A DNA stretch of 64,000 bases from Azospirillum sp. 51_20 (GCA_001917175.1 MNTV01000020.1:114810-178809), one strand, 5' to 3'. Positions 33,411-44,304 are shown, counted from the first letter of the stretch. Notes: generated from the letters alone by a model not told the origin. A program made the numbers and translations.

Positions 33411-34085
33411 TTATTTGTTTTTCAGCGCCTCATCAATCCGTTCGGCGACAACCTCTACCGTACCGTTGCCGTCGATGCTGCGCAGCAATCCGTTTTCTTT
33501 ATAATACGCAATCGTCGGATATGTAAAATTGCGGTATTTTTCCAAACGGCGTTCGATCGTTTCCTTCGTATCGTCGAGTCGTCTGGAAAATTTCGTTCCG
33601 CCGCAGATGTCGCACACACCCGGCACCTTCGGCTTATGATACTTGTCGCTGTAGCTTTCGCCGCAGGTCATGCAGGTATAACGCCCCAGGATTCGGTCGA
33701 CGATAATATGGTCGGGTACCTGAATTTCGATCACCGCATTCAGCGTAATCCCTTTCTCGTTCAACATGTTTTCCAAAACTTCGGCCTGTTTCAGAGTCCG
33801 CGGAAAACCGTCGAGGATAAAGCCTTTCTTGCAGTCCGGCTCCTCAATCCGGTTGGAAACCATCTTGATCATCAGTTCATCGGGGGCAAAACCGCCGGCG
33901 GCCAGATGATCTTTCAGCTGGTTACCGATTTCAGTCCCCTTTTTGACTTCTTCCCTCAGCATCTCGCCGGTCGAAAGATGGCAAATGCCGTACCTGCGCT
34001 TAAGAACGCTGGCCTGTGTTCCTTTTCCGGTACCCGGCGCGCCGGTCATTACCAGATGCAGTCCTTCTCCGTTCTTAAAACTCAT
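33411..34085 (-). CDS. adk: Adenylate kinase (zinc-lid type)
   Basis: P-loop GAPGTGKGTQ; LID with CMTCGESY...CDICGG. The start overlaps the secY stop. Confidence 0.95.
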   Translation of the reverse strand: MSFKNGEGLHLVMTGAPGTGKGTQASVLKRRYGICHLSTGEMLREEVKKGTEIGNQLKDHLAAGGFAPDELMIKMVSNRIEEPDCKKGFILDGFPRTLKQAEVLENMLNEKGITLNAVIEIQVPDHIIVDRILGRYTCMTCGESYSDKYHKPKVPGVCDICGGTKFSRRLDDTKETIERRLEKYRNFTYPTIAYYKENGLLRSIDGNGTVEVVAERIDEALKNK

Positions 34086-35443
34086 TATCTTCTCTTTCCT
34101 TTTTTGTTGACCAGAGCGGCTTTTTTCAAAAGTCCCTCATACTGATAGGCAATCAGATGCGTCTGTACCTGGCCGACGAAATCCATCGTTACCTGAACCA
34201 CGATCAGAAGCGTGGTACCGCCGAGAACAAACGGAACCGACAGCTTGGAAATCAGAATTTCCGGCAAAATGCAGAGCGCGGTCAGATAAGCGGCGCCGAG
34301 CACGGTCAGGCGGGTAAGGACATAGTCAAGATATTCGGCCGTGTTTTTGCCCGGACGGATGCCGGCGATAAAACCGCCGTGTTTTTTCAGATTGTCAGCC
34401 GTTTCTTCCGGATTGAACACAACCGCGGTGTAGAAAAAGGCAAAGAAGATGATCAAACCGGCATAAAGCGCCAGATAAAGCGGCTGACCGTGTCCCAAAA
34501 GCTGACTTAAGGTCTGTGCCCAGCTCGGGCCGTTGGTCGCCGAAAAGTTGGCGATCGTAATCGGCAGCAGCAAAAGCGAGCTGGCGAAAATCGGCGGAAT
34601 AACGCCGGTCGGATTGATCTTAAGCGGCAGGTGAGAACTTTCCGAAGAAGTCATCATCCGCGCACCGACCTGACGCTTCGGATATTGAATGGTAATTTTG
34701 CGCTGAGCTCTTTCGACCAGAACGATGACATAGATCAGAACCAGAACCATGACCATCAGCAGCAAAATGACCCACAACGACATTGAACCGACGCGTCCCA
34801 GTTCAAAAGTCTGTGCCAAAGCGGTCGGAATGTTGGCGATAATGCCGACGGTGATGATCAGCGAAGAACCGTTGCCAACCCCGCGGGAAGTAATCTGATC
34901 GCCCAGCCAGACGATAAACATGGTGCCGCCGACCAGCGAAACGATGGTCGTAAACTTGAAAACAAAGCCCGGCATAACCACTGCCGAAAGCCCGGCGCTG
35001 CCGACCATGCCTTCAAGTCCGACGGCAATGCCGTAGCCTTGGATAATGGTAATCAGTACCGTCAGCACTTTGGTATAATGAACGATTTTGCGATGTCCGG
35101 CCTCGCCTTCCTTTTTAAGCGCGGCAAGCGACGGAACCACCGACTGTCCGAGCTGCAGAATAATGGACGCCGAAATATAGGGCATGATGTTGAGGGCAAA
35201 AATCGTCATACGTTCAAGCGCGCCGCCGGCAAACATGTTGAACATGCCGAGGATACCGTTTGAATTGCGCGAAAAAATATCGGCCAAAATCTTCGGATCA
35301 ATTCCCGGCAGCGGGATAAAAGTTCCCAGCCGGAAAACGATCAAAGCCAAAACAGTGAACCATAATCTTTTTTTCAGTTCCTCGGCTTTGCCAAACGCCG
35401 ACATATCCAGATTGGCAGCCATCTTTTCTGCTAATGATACCAT
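34085..35443 (-). CDS. secY: Preprotein translocase subunit SecY
   Basis: MVSLAEKMAANLDMSAFGKAEELKKRLWFTVLALIVFRLGTFIPLPGI, polytopic. The ATG at 35443 follows AAGGAAAC. Confidence 0.95.
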   Translation of the reverse strand: MVSLAEKMAANLDMSAFGKAEELKKRLWFTVLALIVFRLGTFIPLPGIDPKILADIFSRNSNGILGMFNMFAGGALERMTIFALNIMPYISASIILQLGQSVVPSLAALKKEGEAGHRKIVHYTKVLTVLITIIQGYGIAVGLEGMVGSAGLSAVVMPGFVFKFTTIVSLVGGTMFIVWLGDQITSRGVGNGSSLIITVGIIANIPTALAQTFELGRVGSMSLWVILLLMVMVLVLIYVIVLVERAQRKITIQYPKRQVGARMMTSSESSHLPLKINPTGVIPPIFASSLLLLPITIANFSATNGPSWAQTLSQLLGHGQPLYLALYAGLIIFFAFFYTAVVFNPEETADNLKKHGGFIAGIRPGKNTAEYLDYVLTRLTVLGAAYLTALCILPEILISKLSVPFVLGGTTLLIVVQVTMDFVGQVQTHLIAYQYEGLLKKAALVNKKGKRR

Positions 35444-35628
35444 TTTTGTTTCCTTATCTTTAAAATAACCGAATTGGGGCGCAGAAGTGCCCATTTGGAA
35501 ACAATCTAATACACAATTTTTAAATTATTGCAACAACTTTCTCTTTATCCTCAATTTTTATAAAGAATCGGCTTAAACAAAAAAAGAGCCCGCGAAAAAC
35601 TTCGCAAGCCCTTTTTGCCAAAATTTTT

Positions 35629-36273
35629 TTATTTCGCACAACGGAGATAAGTTTTGTCACTGACAATCACCGGTTGGCGCTTTACTTCCTCGGGCAGACC
35701 GTTTACCGGACGATAGACGATAACCTCTGACACATGACGGTCGATTGCCGCGTTAAAAACATCCTCCGGCCGCAGCGAGGCAAAACGAACCTCGAACACA
35801 GCGTCACCGCCATCATCCAATTCTGCCGGCAACTGTTGCAGTACCTCGTCAACGCCGGGACGCAGAAACATCCAGTACCCGCCGTAACGATGATAACAGA
35901 TAAAACGTCCGACCTCTTGCAACTTTCCTGTCGGCAACGGTCGTCCGTCATCGGCAAAAACGGTGCTTTCTCGGTAAGAATAACCGTAATAATAGCTTTG
36001 ACGCAGATCAACCGGCTTAGTAAAAACCAAATACGTCACCTTGTCGTTGTCTTCCGGATCCGCCTTGCGTTTTTCGGCCTTGCAAATACGCATTAACGGT
36101 TTGATGCGCCATGCACGTTCAAGCAAAACGTCAACCGTCATTTTTTCCGATTCAACCAGCATCGGAATAATTCGGTTGCGTTCTTCATACACTTTTCTTT
36201 GTACGTTTTGCGGGTTGAGCAGCAGCTCTTTTAAATTTTCCAATTTCCGCTCGAAATTTTGCTTCATAAACAA
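35629..36273 (-). CDS. Hypothetical protein (214 aa) inserted between secY and rplO
   Basis: Long ORF; no motif recognised. Confidence 0.55.
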   Translation of the reverse strand: MFMKQNFERKLENLKELLLNPQNVQRKVYEERNRIIPMLVESEKMTVDVLLERAWRIKPLMRICKAEKRKADPEDNDKVTYLVFTKPVDLRQSYYYGYSYRESTVFADDGRPLPTGKLQEVGRFICYHRYGGYWMFLRPGVDEVLQQLPAELDDGGDAVFEVRFASLRPEDVFNAAIDRHVSEVIVYRPVNGLPEEVKRQPVIVSDKTYLRCAK

Positions 36274-36542
36274 TAGTATTTAATAAATAATAAGTCACTA
36301 ACGGCTTAATTATACGCAAATCACGCTTTAGTCAATAAAATACTCTTTCGGCCATCTGCCGCGTGTAACCTTTAACACCGCGCTCCCGGCTTTCCTTTTC
36401 CGTCTGCACAGGTATACTGCTCTCCGCACCTTTTCCGCCGTATCCGATATCGTTCATTTTCTCTTCAGGTCCTTCGCCCGCATCAAAATAATCTCAATGG
36501 ATACATCTCCAAAACACCCAATCGCCACTCTACGCCGACAAC

Positions 36543-37106
36543 TTGGCAACTCCAATACAAAAATTTGCTGCAGCAGACATCCCCTCCTCAAAAGAATTTT
36601 TATATTCAGACGCTCTCAAATTTATCAAAACCGTTATACAAGACATAGCAAAAGACTATTCACCGCAAAATCAAATTGCGAGACAAAAACAAATACACTA
36701 TAATCGGCCAAGATATGTTCACCCCGATCTCCGCCGTGGAAACGGCCGGAAGATACTCAATAAAGAACCCGATCAATGGATCTGTGAAGACAATGCCGTT
36801 GCGCATAATTTGAATGGAGCCCGTGGAAACACGGATTGCCGAGGCAAGGCCTGAACGGTAAGAGAACACCGGCAAATGATTGTGGCCCCGGACGGCATGA
36901 TCGTAAACACCCCCGAAAACATGGGAACATACGACTTCGTTCCGCCCGGAGGGATTAATACATTTATTCATGGTGTTGTTGACGTCATCCCATGGATAAT
37001 GTGGGGCAACAGCGAAAATGACAGGACGAGCATCGGCGAAAGGCTGCTGAGTATCGGAAAAGGAATTATAAATAAAAGCACAGATTACTTTGCAGATGAA
37101 GAATAA
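36543..37106 (+). pseudogene. Possible decayed gene: two same-frame ORFs separated by a single TGA (36852-36854)
   Basis: Track ORFs 36543-36854 and 36876-37106 share one frame. Only one stop separates ...NTDCRGKA from TVREHRQMIVAPDGMIVNTPENMG... The only available start is a poor TTG. Confidence 0.35.
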
Positions 37107-37256
37107 ACTTAAATAAAAGGAACAAAATGTTTATCCTCAGTTATATATACTCAACAATTATAATTTTGTTATGTCAAATCAATAGCAAATCCCGATTTTG
37201 GGAGTTTTATACTGTTTGGATGCATCTTTGCCTTTCTCTACGCAAATTTAATTGTT

Positions 37257-37736
37257 TTGTACAAATACGCCACCATATTCGTTGAAAAAAACATAAAGAA
37301 AGAAAAATTGAACGAAAAGGATATTTATTATCTTATCACCTCAACCATTATTTTTGTAACCATCGGCGTCATATTGACGCGGGTGTACGACATAAACCAA
37401 ATCGCGGCAAGTCAATTGAACTGCAATTGGATAATAAGCCATGTTTGGATATTGTTTTTATCTCCCGCAACAGCATATGCCGTCGTGCTGATCACTTCAA
37501 TATTAACCCTTGCGAAAGCGTTTGCAAAACAAGATGTTTCTTTGTTTTTAGACGACATATGGATAAATCTCTTTGTTTGGACCAATTTCATCATCTTATG
37601 CAAATATCTGTATCGTTTCGCCCGCAAAACCAGAAAAAAAGAGCCGCTTTCACAAACAGATTCCATTCTCCTGATCACGGCTTTGCTGATGTTTGTTACG
37701 ATCGGGGTTATCGCCGCCTTCGGACTAAGAGCCTGA
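37257..37736 (+). CDS. Hypothetical polytopic membrane protein (start uncertain)
   Basis: Several hydrophobic helices (YYLITSTIIFVTIGVIL, VWILFLSPATAYAVVLITSILTL, LLITALLMFVTIGVIAAFGL). The frame is open from 37164. An ATG ORF at 37127 in another frame also begins hydrophobic. Confidence 0.45.
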   Translation: MYKYATIFVEKNIKKEKLNEKDIYYLITSTIIFVTIGVILTRVYDINQIAASQLNCNWIISHVWILFLSPATAYAVVLITSILTLAKAFAKQDVSLFLDDIWINLFVWTNFIILCKYLYRFARKTRKKEPLSQTDSILLITALLMFVTIGVIAAFGLRA

Positions 37737-38125
37737 AACAACTCCCGCTGCCCGCTTTTTCAAATTTGAAAACTCATCGCCGCCTTCGGGCTGAAAGGCT
37801 GAAAAACAACTTATTAATCGGCTTTTCCTGTTTGATTACAGCCGCTTTCTGCCCGGATTTCAATTAAGGCACAGACAATGCCGATACGGCCGATGCCGGC
37901 GGCATCTTGCCTTTTTTATGCAAATTCGATTGTCTTGTACGGATATTCCGCCAAACTTTAAATATGACCTGCTTCGCAAACGAAGTAAGAAGTAAAACGC
38001 AAAAACGGCCGGCCTGCCGAGCATACTTCTGACAAACAGCCCTTTGCAAACCGGAAAAATCAGAAAAACATCAATGATGTCTCCCGACAAGCGAGAAATT
38101 CCGAAACGGCCGCAAACCTAACGGT

Positions 38126-38479
38126 TTGACCACGAACAAAAGCACAAAGCGATCTTGTCCCGGCACCAAGGCATTCAACCCGGATAAAACCCGGATTTTC
38201 TACTGGGCATGCAACAAACTCTCATCGGTTGACGCGAATGGCCTTAATCACTTTTCCCGGATAGCAGATGCAAATGAAGCGCAAACCCGGCGGCCGGACC
38301 GGTATGTCTGCATCTGCCTGCTCGTGCTGATACTTGAACCATAAACGTCCACTAGCTAACGTAAGTGATTTAACCATTCCGAAACTCAAACGCCCAGCCC
38401 GAAGCTGCGCAGACTTTACGGCCGGGCCGGTATATCTGTGCATCTGTCTGCCTGCTCAGACGCTCGAACCATAAAAAAA
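38126..38479. repeat. Member of a dispersed intergenic repeat family (partner at 53716-53908), internally duplicated
   Basis: 38156-38199 is similar to 53716-53759 (TGYCCCGGCRCCAARGCATTCAACCC..). 38379-38479 is similar to 53811-53908 (CCGAAMCTCAAACGCCC.G.CCGAAGCT.CGCA...AACCATAAAAAAA). 38281-38346 resembles 38411-38478. Confidence 0.6.
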
Positions 38480-38502
38480 CCTCCCTTCGGGGAGGCTTTT
38501 TT
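38473..38502. terminator. Bidirectional terminator after rplO
   Basis: A7-CCTCCC-TTCG-GGGAGG-C-T6. Confidence 0.7.
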
Positions 38503-38518
38503 ATAAATTCCTATCTGC

Positions 38519-38977
38519 TTAAGCGCCGATAATATTAACTTTGCCGCCGGCTTTTTCAATCGCGGCAACCGCAGCCTTGGAAGCCGAGTTGACCGAAATC
38601 GTAACCGCCGTGGTGACCGCACCGCGCGCCAGCAGACGAACACCGTCGTAAGTTTTGGTAACAATGCCGGCATTCGACAAAGCGGCCAAATCTACGGCGT
38701 CGGCTTTCAACTTGCCGGCGTCAATCGCCGTCTGCAAAGTGTCGAGATTAACGACGGCAAAAACTTTGGCAAACGGATTTTTGAAACCGCGTTTCGGAAG
38801 TCTGCGGTAAATCGGCATCTGACCACCTTCAAAACCGTTAATGGCGACGCCGCTGCGAGCTTTCTGCCCCTTCTGACCGTGTCCGGAAGTTTTGCCCTTT
38901 CCGCTGCCGATTCCGCGGCCGACACGAATACGGTTCTTGGTTGCCCCGCAGTTGTCTTTTAATTCGTTAAGTTTCAT
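38519..38977 (-). CDS. rplO: 50S ribosomal protein L15
   Basis: [43 protein letters not shown]. The ATG at 38977 follows AGGTGA. The track start at 38986 is a GTG. Confidence 0.9.
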   Translation of the reverse strand: MKLNELKDNCGATKNRIRVGRGIGSGKGKTSGHGQKGQKARSGVAINGFEGGQMPIYRRLPKRGFKNPFAKVFAVVNLDTLQTAIDAGKLKADAVDLAALSNAGIVTKTYDGVRLLARGAVTTAVTISVNSASKAAVAAIEKAGGKVNIIGA

Positions 38978-39048
38978 TTTTTTCACCTAATTTCATAATT
39001 CGGAACTTAAGAAGGGCGGGGGTTGCCGCCCCCTTTCGCTCCGGCTTA

Positions 39049-39231
39049 TTAATCCACAATTTTGACAAGATGCGGAATTTTGTTGATCATTCCGCGGATC
39101 GACGGAGTGTCCTCCAGTTCGACCACTTTGTTCATCTTGTTCAAACCAAGTCCGATTAAAACGGCTTTCTGCTTGGCCGGACGTCCGATCGGACTGGCGA
39201 CCTGCTTGACTTTTATCGTTTTGTTAGCCAT
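39049..39231 (-). CDS. rpmD: 50S ribosomal protein L30
   Basis: [48 protein letters not shown]. Confidence 0.9.
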   Translation of the reverse strand: MANKTIKVKQVASPIGRPAKQKAVLIGLGLNKMNKVVELEDTPSIRGMINKIPHLVKIVD

Positions 39232-39234
39232 TGT

Positions 39235-39798
39235 TTAAGCCTCCTCTTTTTCGGTCTTTGCACCGGCAGCCGTTTCTCTGCGGCTGACGATGTCACCGAC
39301 TTTCTTGCCTCTCTTGGCAGCGACCATTCTCGGGGAACAAATCGACTGCAAAGCGTCAAAAGTGGCTTTGATCATGTTGTACGGGTTGTTGGAGCCGAGC
39401 GACTTGGCAACCACGTCCTGAACACCCAGAACTTCAAAGATTGCGCGCATCGGGCCGCCGGCGATAACGCCGGTACCGGCGGGAGCCGTTCTCAAAACGA
39501 CTTTTCCGGCACCGAAGTGTCCCTGTACGTCATGGTGCAGGGTTCTGCCTTCGCGCAGCGGAATGCGAACCATGTTCTTTTTGGCTTCGTTGGTGGCTTT
39601 GGTAATTGCTTCCGGAACTTCGGCAGCCTTACCCGAACCGTAACCGACGCGGCCCTTCTGGTCACCGACGACGACAACCGCAGCAAAAGACATGTTGCGG
39701 CCGCCCTTGACGGTTTTGGCGACGCGGTTGATGTGAACCAGTTTTTCAACCAGTTCTTCTTTTTTCTCTGTTTTACGACGATCTACAGCTTGTGCCAT
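39235..39798 (-). CDS. rpsE: 30S ribosomal protein S5
   Basis: [45 protein letters not shown]. Confidence 0.95.
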   Translation of the reverse strand: MAQAVDRRKTEKKEELVEKLVHINRVAKTVKGGRNMSFAAVVVVGDQKGRVGYGSGKAAEVPEAITKATNEAKKNMVRIPLREGRTLHHDVQGHFGAGKVVLRTAPAGTGVIAGGPMRAIFEVLGVQDVVAKSLGSNNPYNMIKATFDALQSICSPRMVAAKRGKKVGDIVSRRETAAGAKTEKEEA

Positions 39799-39810
39799 TT
39801 CTCTTTACTC

Positions 39811-40173
39811 CTAAAATTTCAAACCAGCTTCGCGAGCGGCATCGGCCAGAGCCTTGACACGGCCGTGGAAAATGTAACCGCCGCGGTCAAAGACCACTTC
39901 GCTTACACCCGACTTGATTGCTCTCTCGGCAACGGTTTTACCGATAACACCGGCTGCTTCAACGGTTGAAGTTTTCTTCAGGCTTTCTCTGACTTCCTTA
40001 TCCAAAGTAGAGGCCGAAGCAACAGTCACACCTTTAATGTCGTCAATGATTTGTGCGTAGATGTGCTTACCGCTGCGGAAAACCGACAGTCTCAGTTTGC
40101 CGTTGGCAACGTTTTTCAAAGCTGTTCTCGCACGAGCTTGTCTCTTTTTAAACAATTTTCTTGGCGTATTCAT
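39811..40173 (-). CDS. rplR: 50S ribosomal protein L18
   Basis: [18 protein letters not shown]...[28 protein letters not shown]. Confidence 0.95.
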   Translation of the reverse strand: MNTPRKLFKKRQARARTALKNVANGKLRLSVFRSGKHIYAQIIDDIKGVTVASASTLDKEVRESLKKTSTVEAAGVIGKTVAERAIKSGVSEVVFDRGGYIFHGRVKALADAAREAGLKF

Positions 40174-40184
40174 TAAACTATTCC

Positions 40185-40724
40185 TTATTTCTTCTTGCCT
40201 TCTTTACGACGGACATACTGACCGGTATATCTTACGCCTTTACCCTTATAAGGTTCGGGTTTTCTATACTCGCGAATTTTATCCGCAACCTGACCGACCA
40301 ACTGCTTGTCGGCACCGAAAACGGTCAGCTGCGTCGGCGAAACGCAGGTAATCTTAATGCCTTCCGGAGCATTATAGATAACATCGTGCGAAAAGCCGAG
40401 AGAAAGCACCAGCTTGCTGCTGCCTTCCATTCTGGCCTTGTAACCGACGCCGATCAGTTCCAGCTGCTTGGTAAAGCCTTCGCTTACACCTTTGACGATG
40501 GAATTAATCTGGGCTCTGGTCGTTCCCCATAAAGCACGGGCCTGTTGTGACTGATGCAAAGGCGCAACCACAACTTTGTTTTCTTCCAATTTGGCATTGA
40601 CCATACCGTCGTCAAAAGCAAACTTCAACTCGCCGTTTTTACCTTTGGCGGTAACAACATTGCCGTTGATGGTTACGGTAACGCCTTCAGGGACGATAAC
40701 TGGATATTTTCCAATTCTAGACAT
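40185..40724 (-). CDS. rplF: 50S ribosomal protein L6
   Basis: [33 protein letters not shown]. Confidence 0.95.
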   Translation of the reverse strand: MSRIGKYPVIVPEGVTVTINGNVVTAKGKNGELKFAFDDGMVNAKLEENKVVVAPLHQSQQARALWGTTRAQINSIVKGVSEGFTKQLELIGVGYKARMEGSSKLVLSLGFSHDVIYNAPEGIKITCVSPTQLTVFGADKQLVGQVADKIREYRKPEPYKGKGVRYTGQYVRRKEGKKK

Positions 40725-40741
40725 ACCAATTCTCCCTTAAA

Positions 40742-41140
40742 TTAAAATACTTGACACAGAATTTCACCGCCGACGTTGGCCTTTCTGGCCTCATTGTCGC
40801 TCATAACGCCCTGCGGAGTCGAGATAATCGAGATCCCGAGACCGTTATATACTCTCGGCAGGTCCTTCACGCTCGAATAAACGCGGCGGCCCGGCGTAGA
40901 TACGCGGTAAATTTCGTTAATAACGGAAGCACCTTCAAAGTACTTCAACTGAATGCGAAGTTCGTCAATGCCGGCACGAACGTTGTATTTTTCGTAACCG
41001 AGAATATAACCTTCTTTTTTCAGAACTTCCAAAACGCTTTCACGCAGGCGAGAAGCAGGAGAGATGACTTCCTTTTTCTTCGCGCTTTGTGCGTTTCTAA
41101 TGCGTGTGAGCATATCGCCCAAAGGATCAGACATAGACAT
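40742..41140 (-). CDS. rpsH: 30S ribosomal protein S8
   Basis: [25 protein letters not shown]. Confidence 0.95.
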   Translation of the reverse strand: MSMSDPLGDMLTRIRNAQSAKKKEVISPASRLRESVLEVLKKEGYILGYEKYNVRAGIDELRIQLKYFEGASVINEIYRVSTPGRRVYSSVKDLPRVYNGLGISIISTPQGVMSDNEARKANVGGEILCQVF

Positions 41141-41157
41141 AATCTAAAAACCTCCTA

Positions 41158-41463
41158 CTACCAGCTGGATTTTACTAAACCGGGGATTTCACCGAAGCTG
41201 GCCATTCTTCTCAATTCGTTGCGGCACAGCTTGAATTTGCGGTAAACACCACGGGAACGGCCCGTATTTTCGCAACGGTTCTTAATGCGAACCTTCGACG
41301 AATTGCGGGGCAGTTCGGCTAATTTCAACACTTTCTTGAATCTTTCTTCCGGAGAAGTGTTTTTGTCTTTGATCTCGGCGATCAACTTGCCGCGAACGGC
41401 AGCAAACTTCTCGGCTTTCCGGATTCTTTTCAGGTTTCTGTAAATAGAACTCTTTTTTGCCAT
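41158..41463 (-). CDS. rpsN: 30S ribosomal protein S14
   Basis: [27 protein letters not shown]...[22 protein letters not shown]. Confidence 0.95.
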   Translation of the reverse strand: MAKKSSIYRNLKRIRKAEKFAAVRGKLIAEIKDKNTSPEERFKKVLKLAELPRNSSKVRIKNRCENTGRSRGVYRKFKLCRNELRRMASFGEIPGLVKSSW

Positions 41464-41477
41464 GGTAAAATCTCCGC

Positions 41478-42020
41478 TTAATTCTTAATCGGTAAGTTGA
41501 AACCGGTCAGAAGCGCTTTGGCTTCTTCATCGGTTTTGGCAGAAGTGCAGATTACGATGTCCATTCCGCGTACGGCATCAACCTTTTCATAGTTGATTTC
41601 AGGGAAAATGATCTGTTCCTTGATGCCGAAGGCAAAGTTGCCGCGGCCGTCAAAGTTTTTGCCCTGAATGCCGTGGAAGTCTCTGATTCGCGGCAAAGCC
41701 ATGTTAACCAGTCTTTCCAGGAATTCGTACATTCTTTCTCTTCTCAGAGTTACCTTGCAGCCGATCGGCATTTCTTCTCTTACCTTGAAGGTAGCGATAG
41801 ATTTGCGGGCTTTGGTGATAACCGGCTTCTGGCCGGCGATCATGCCCATTTCCTCTGCGGCGTTGGTCAGTTTCTTCTTGTCCGTAACGGCGTCGCCGAC
41901 ACCCATGTTAAGGACGATCTTGGTCAGCTTCGGAATCTCGTGGCTATTGGTGTAACCGAACTTGTCCACGAGAGATTTCTTAATGACCTCATTATACAAT
42001 TTTTCAAAATTTGTCATCAA
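41478..42020 (-). CDS. rplE: 50S ribosomal protein L5
   Basis: [23 protein letters not shown]...[17 protein letters not shown]. Confidence 0.95.
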   Translation of the reverse strand: MMTNFEKLYNEVIKKSLVDKFGYTNSHEIPKLTKIVLNMGVGDAVTDKKKLTNAAEEMGMIAGQKPVITKARKSIATFKVREEMPIGCKVTLRRERMYEFLERLVNMALPRIRDFHGIQGKNFDGRGNFAFGIKEQIIFPEINYEKVDAVRGMDIVICTSAKTDEEAKALLTGFNLPIKN

Positions 42021-42029
42021 TCTGATCCC

Positions 42030-42350
42030 TTATTTATCGATTACTTCACCGGACTTGCGGGCAAAACGAACCTTGCGGCCGTTTTCTTCCTTATATCCGA
42101 CCTTAGTTGCCTTTCCGGACTGGGAATCAACCAAAGCCACATTGGAAACGTGAATCGGCGCTTCTTTAGTGATAATGCCGCCGGCAGACTGCTGGCTCGG
42201 CTTGGTGTGTCTTTTAACCAGGTTTACGCCCTGGACGACAACTTTGCCTTCTTTCGGCATGGCTTTCAAAACTTCACCGGTTTTGCCTTTGTCGTCACCC
42301 GACAAAACGATAACCTGATCGCCTTTTTTTACTTTTAACTTAAGGTTCAT
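42030..42350 (-). CDS. rplX: 50S ribosomal protein L24
   Basis: [48 protein letters not shown]. Confidence 0.95.
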   Translation of the reverse strand: MNLKLKVKKGDQVIVLSGDDKGKTGEVLKAMPKEGKVVVQGVNLVKRHTKPSQQSAGGIITKEAPIHVSNVALVDSQSGKATKVGYKEENGRKVRFARKSGEVIDK

Positions 42351-42718
42351 TATAATACCTCCGGCGCTAATGAAATTATTTTCATAAATTTCTTTGCACG
42401 CAATTCTCTGGTCACGGGGCCGAAAATACGGGTGCCGATCGGCTCGCCGTCCTTGTTGATCAGAACCGCGGCATTGCTGTCAAAACGGATGACGGATCCG
42501 TCTTTGCGGCGAATGTCGCTTGCAGTGCGAACGATAACGGCTTTGTGGACGTCGCCTTTCTTAACGCGTCCCTTCGGCAATGCGTCCTTAATCGATACCA
42601 CGATTACGTCACCGACGGTCGCGTGCATTCTCTTAGAACCGCCAAGAACCTTTATGCACTGCACCTGACGTGCTCCCGAATTGTCTGCAACATCCAGGTT
42701 GGTTTGCATTTGTATCAT
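42350..42718 (-). CDS. rplN: 50S ribosomal protein L14
   Basis: [30 protein letters not shown]. Confidence 0.95.
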   Translation of the reverse strand: MIQMQTNLDVADNSGARQVQCIKVLGGSKRMHATVGDVIVVSIKDALPKGRVKKGDVHKAVIVRTASDIRRKDGSVIRFDSNAAVLINKDGEPIGTRIFGPVTRELRAKKFMKIISLAPEVL

Positions 42719-42733
42719 TTTTCTCTTCCTTCT

Positions 42734-42973
42734 CTATTCGGCGTTATCAACTAACACGGTCCAAGTCTTGGTCTTAGAATAAGGCTTGGCCTCAATGATT
42801 CTAACTTCGTCACCAATTTTGAACTGGTTGTTTTCATCGTGAGCGGCATATTTCTTGCTTTTCTTGATGAATTTTTTGTAAACCGGATGCATAACCTGAC
42901 GTTCAACTTTAACAACGACGGTTTTGTCCTGTTTATCACTTACAACAACACCTTGAAGAATTCTTTTAGGCAT
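42734..42973 (-). CDS. rpsQ: 30S ribosomal protein S17
   Basis: [46 protein letters not shown]. Confidence 0.95.
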   Translation of the reverse strand: MPKRILQGVVVSDKQDKTVVVKVERQVMHPVYKKFIKKSKKYAAHDENNQFKIGDEVRIIEAKPYSKTKTWTVLVDNAE

Positions 42974-42984
42974 AGCTTTTTCTC

Positions 42985-43182
42985 CTAACTATTCTTCTTA
43001 CGCTCGGTTAAAAGCGTGTTGATTTTTGCAATTTCGCGGCGTACTTTGCGGACATTTGCAGTATTCTGCAACTGGCCGGTAGACTGCTGAATCCGAAGAT
43101 TGAACTGTTCTTTTTTGGCTTCAACCAGTTTGGCTTCCAGTTCGTCAACAGTCATGCTGCGAAGATCTTTGATTTTTGCCAT
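42985..43182 (-). CDS. rpmC: 50S ribosomal protein L29
   Basis: [52 protein letters not shown]. Confidence 0.9.
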   Translation of the reverse strand: MAKIKDLRSMTVDELEAKLVEAKKEQFNLRIQQSTGQLQNTANVRKVRREIAKINTLLTERKKNS

Positions 43183-43183
43183 C

Positions 43184-43612
43184 TTATGCTACTCCTTGGT
43201 CAGAATTAAGACGTTTGACGAATTTTGTTTTAATCGGGAGTTTGGCAGCGCCCAGGGCAAAAGCCGTGCGGGCGGTTTCCTCGCTCACGCCGTCGATTTC
43301 AAACATAATCCGACCGGGGTGCACTCTGGCGCACCAATATTCGATCGAACCCTTACCTTTACCCATACGGACTTCGGCAGGTTTGTCGGATACCGGCACA
43401 TCCGGGAAAATTCGGATCCATACTCTTCCGGCTCTTTTCATTTCACGGGTAATCGCGCGACGGGCCGCTTCAATCTGGCGGGCCGTAATGCGATCCGGGG
43501 TCAGAGCTTTCAATCCATATGTACCGAAACTCAGTTCCGCGCCGCCCTTGGTCAGGCCGTGGATACGGCCCTTGTGCTGCTTGCGGAATTTTAATCTTTT
43601 TGGACTTAACAT
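43184..43612 (-). CDS. rplP: 50S ribosomal protein L16
   Basis: [36 protein letters not shown]. Confidence 0.95.
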   Translation of the reverse strand: MLSPKRLKFRKQHKGRIHGLTKGGAELSFGTYGLKALTPDRITARQIEAARRAITREMKRAGRVWIRIFPDVPVSDKPAEVRMGKGKGSIEYWCARVHPGRIMFEIDGVSEETARTAFALGAAKLPIKTKFVKRLNSDQGVA

Positions 43613-43631
43613 TTTACTTAAACCTCAATGT

Positions 43632-44303
43632 TTACTTTTGTTCAGCCAGCTTCTTGTCCTGGGCCATCGGATCGTGAGCCATGATCTCGCCTTTGTAGAT
43701 CCAGACTTTTACGCCGCAAGCGCCATAAGTGGTGTGAGCCGTTGAAGTTGCATAATCAATGTCAGCACGCAGGGTGTGCAGAGGAACGCGCCCTTCCCGA
43801 TAGTGTTCGGTTCTGGCGATTTCCGCACCGCCCAGACGGCCGGAGCAGCTTACTTTGATTCCTTCGGCTCCGAGACGCAGGGCCGACTGCATAACGCGTT
43901 TCATCGCGCGGCGGAAAGCAACGCGTCTTTCCAGCTGCTGAGCAACGCTGTCCGCAACCAGTTGTGCGTCCAGTTCCGGTTTTCTTACTTCCAGAATGTT
44001 CAGCTGAACTTCGGAAGCGGTCATGGACTGAATTTCTTTTCTCAAAGCTTCGATATCCTGACCTTTTTTACCGATAACGACACCGGGTCTTGCCGAGTGA
44101 ATGGTGACTCTGGCCTTTTTCGCAGGACGTTCGATGACGATTCTGCTGATGCCGGCCTGAGCCAGTTTCTTTTTCAAGAATTCTTTAATTTTAACGTCTT
44201 CATGCAGGTAACCGGCATAGTTGTCGTCGGCATACCAGCGGGAATCCCAGGTACGGTTAACACCCAAACGAAGACTTGTAGGATTTGCTTTCTGTCCCAT
44301 CAA
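43632..44303 (-). CDS. rpsC: 30S ribosomal protein S3
   Basis: [24 protein letters not shown]...KH and S3-C domains. Confidence 0.95.
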   Translation of the reverse strand: MMGQKANPTSLRLGVNRTWDSRWYADDNYAGYLHEDVKIKEFLKKKLAQAGISRIVIERPAKKARVTIHSARPGVVIGKKGQDIEALRKEIQSMTASEVQLNILEVRKPELDAQLVADSVAQQLERRVAFRRAMKRVMQSALRLGAEGIKVSCSGRLGGAEIARTEHYREGRVPLHTLRADIDYATSTAHTTYGACGVKVWIYKGEIMAHDPMAQDKKLAEQK

Positions 44304-44304
44304 C

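Noticed and set aside
33357-34145. Plus-strand ORF opposite adk, and similar shadows at 41673-42338, 46536-47474, 52323-53081, 56168-57505, 59603-60529 and 62449-63201
   Set aside because: Each overlaps a confidently identified housekeeping gene on the other strand.
36852-36854. Selenocysteine or genome-wide TGA recoding at the in-frame stop
   Set aside because: No SECIS-like hairpin is evident just downstream. Several well-supported ORFs in the window (for example 770-928, 5033-5455, 6440-6820) terminate in TGA at sensible positions. A pseudogene is the simpler reading.
38126-38344. ORFs across the dispersed repeats (38126-38344 and 53394-53903)
   Set aside because: Low-complexity Pro/Arg/Thr-rich translations. 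The copies differ by frame-shifting indels, and there is no RBS.
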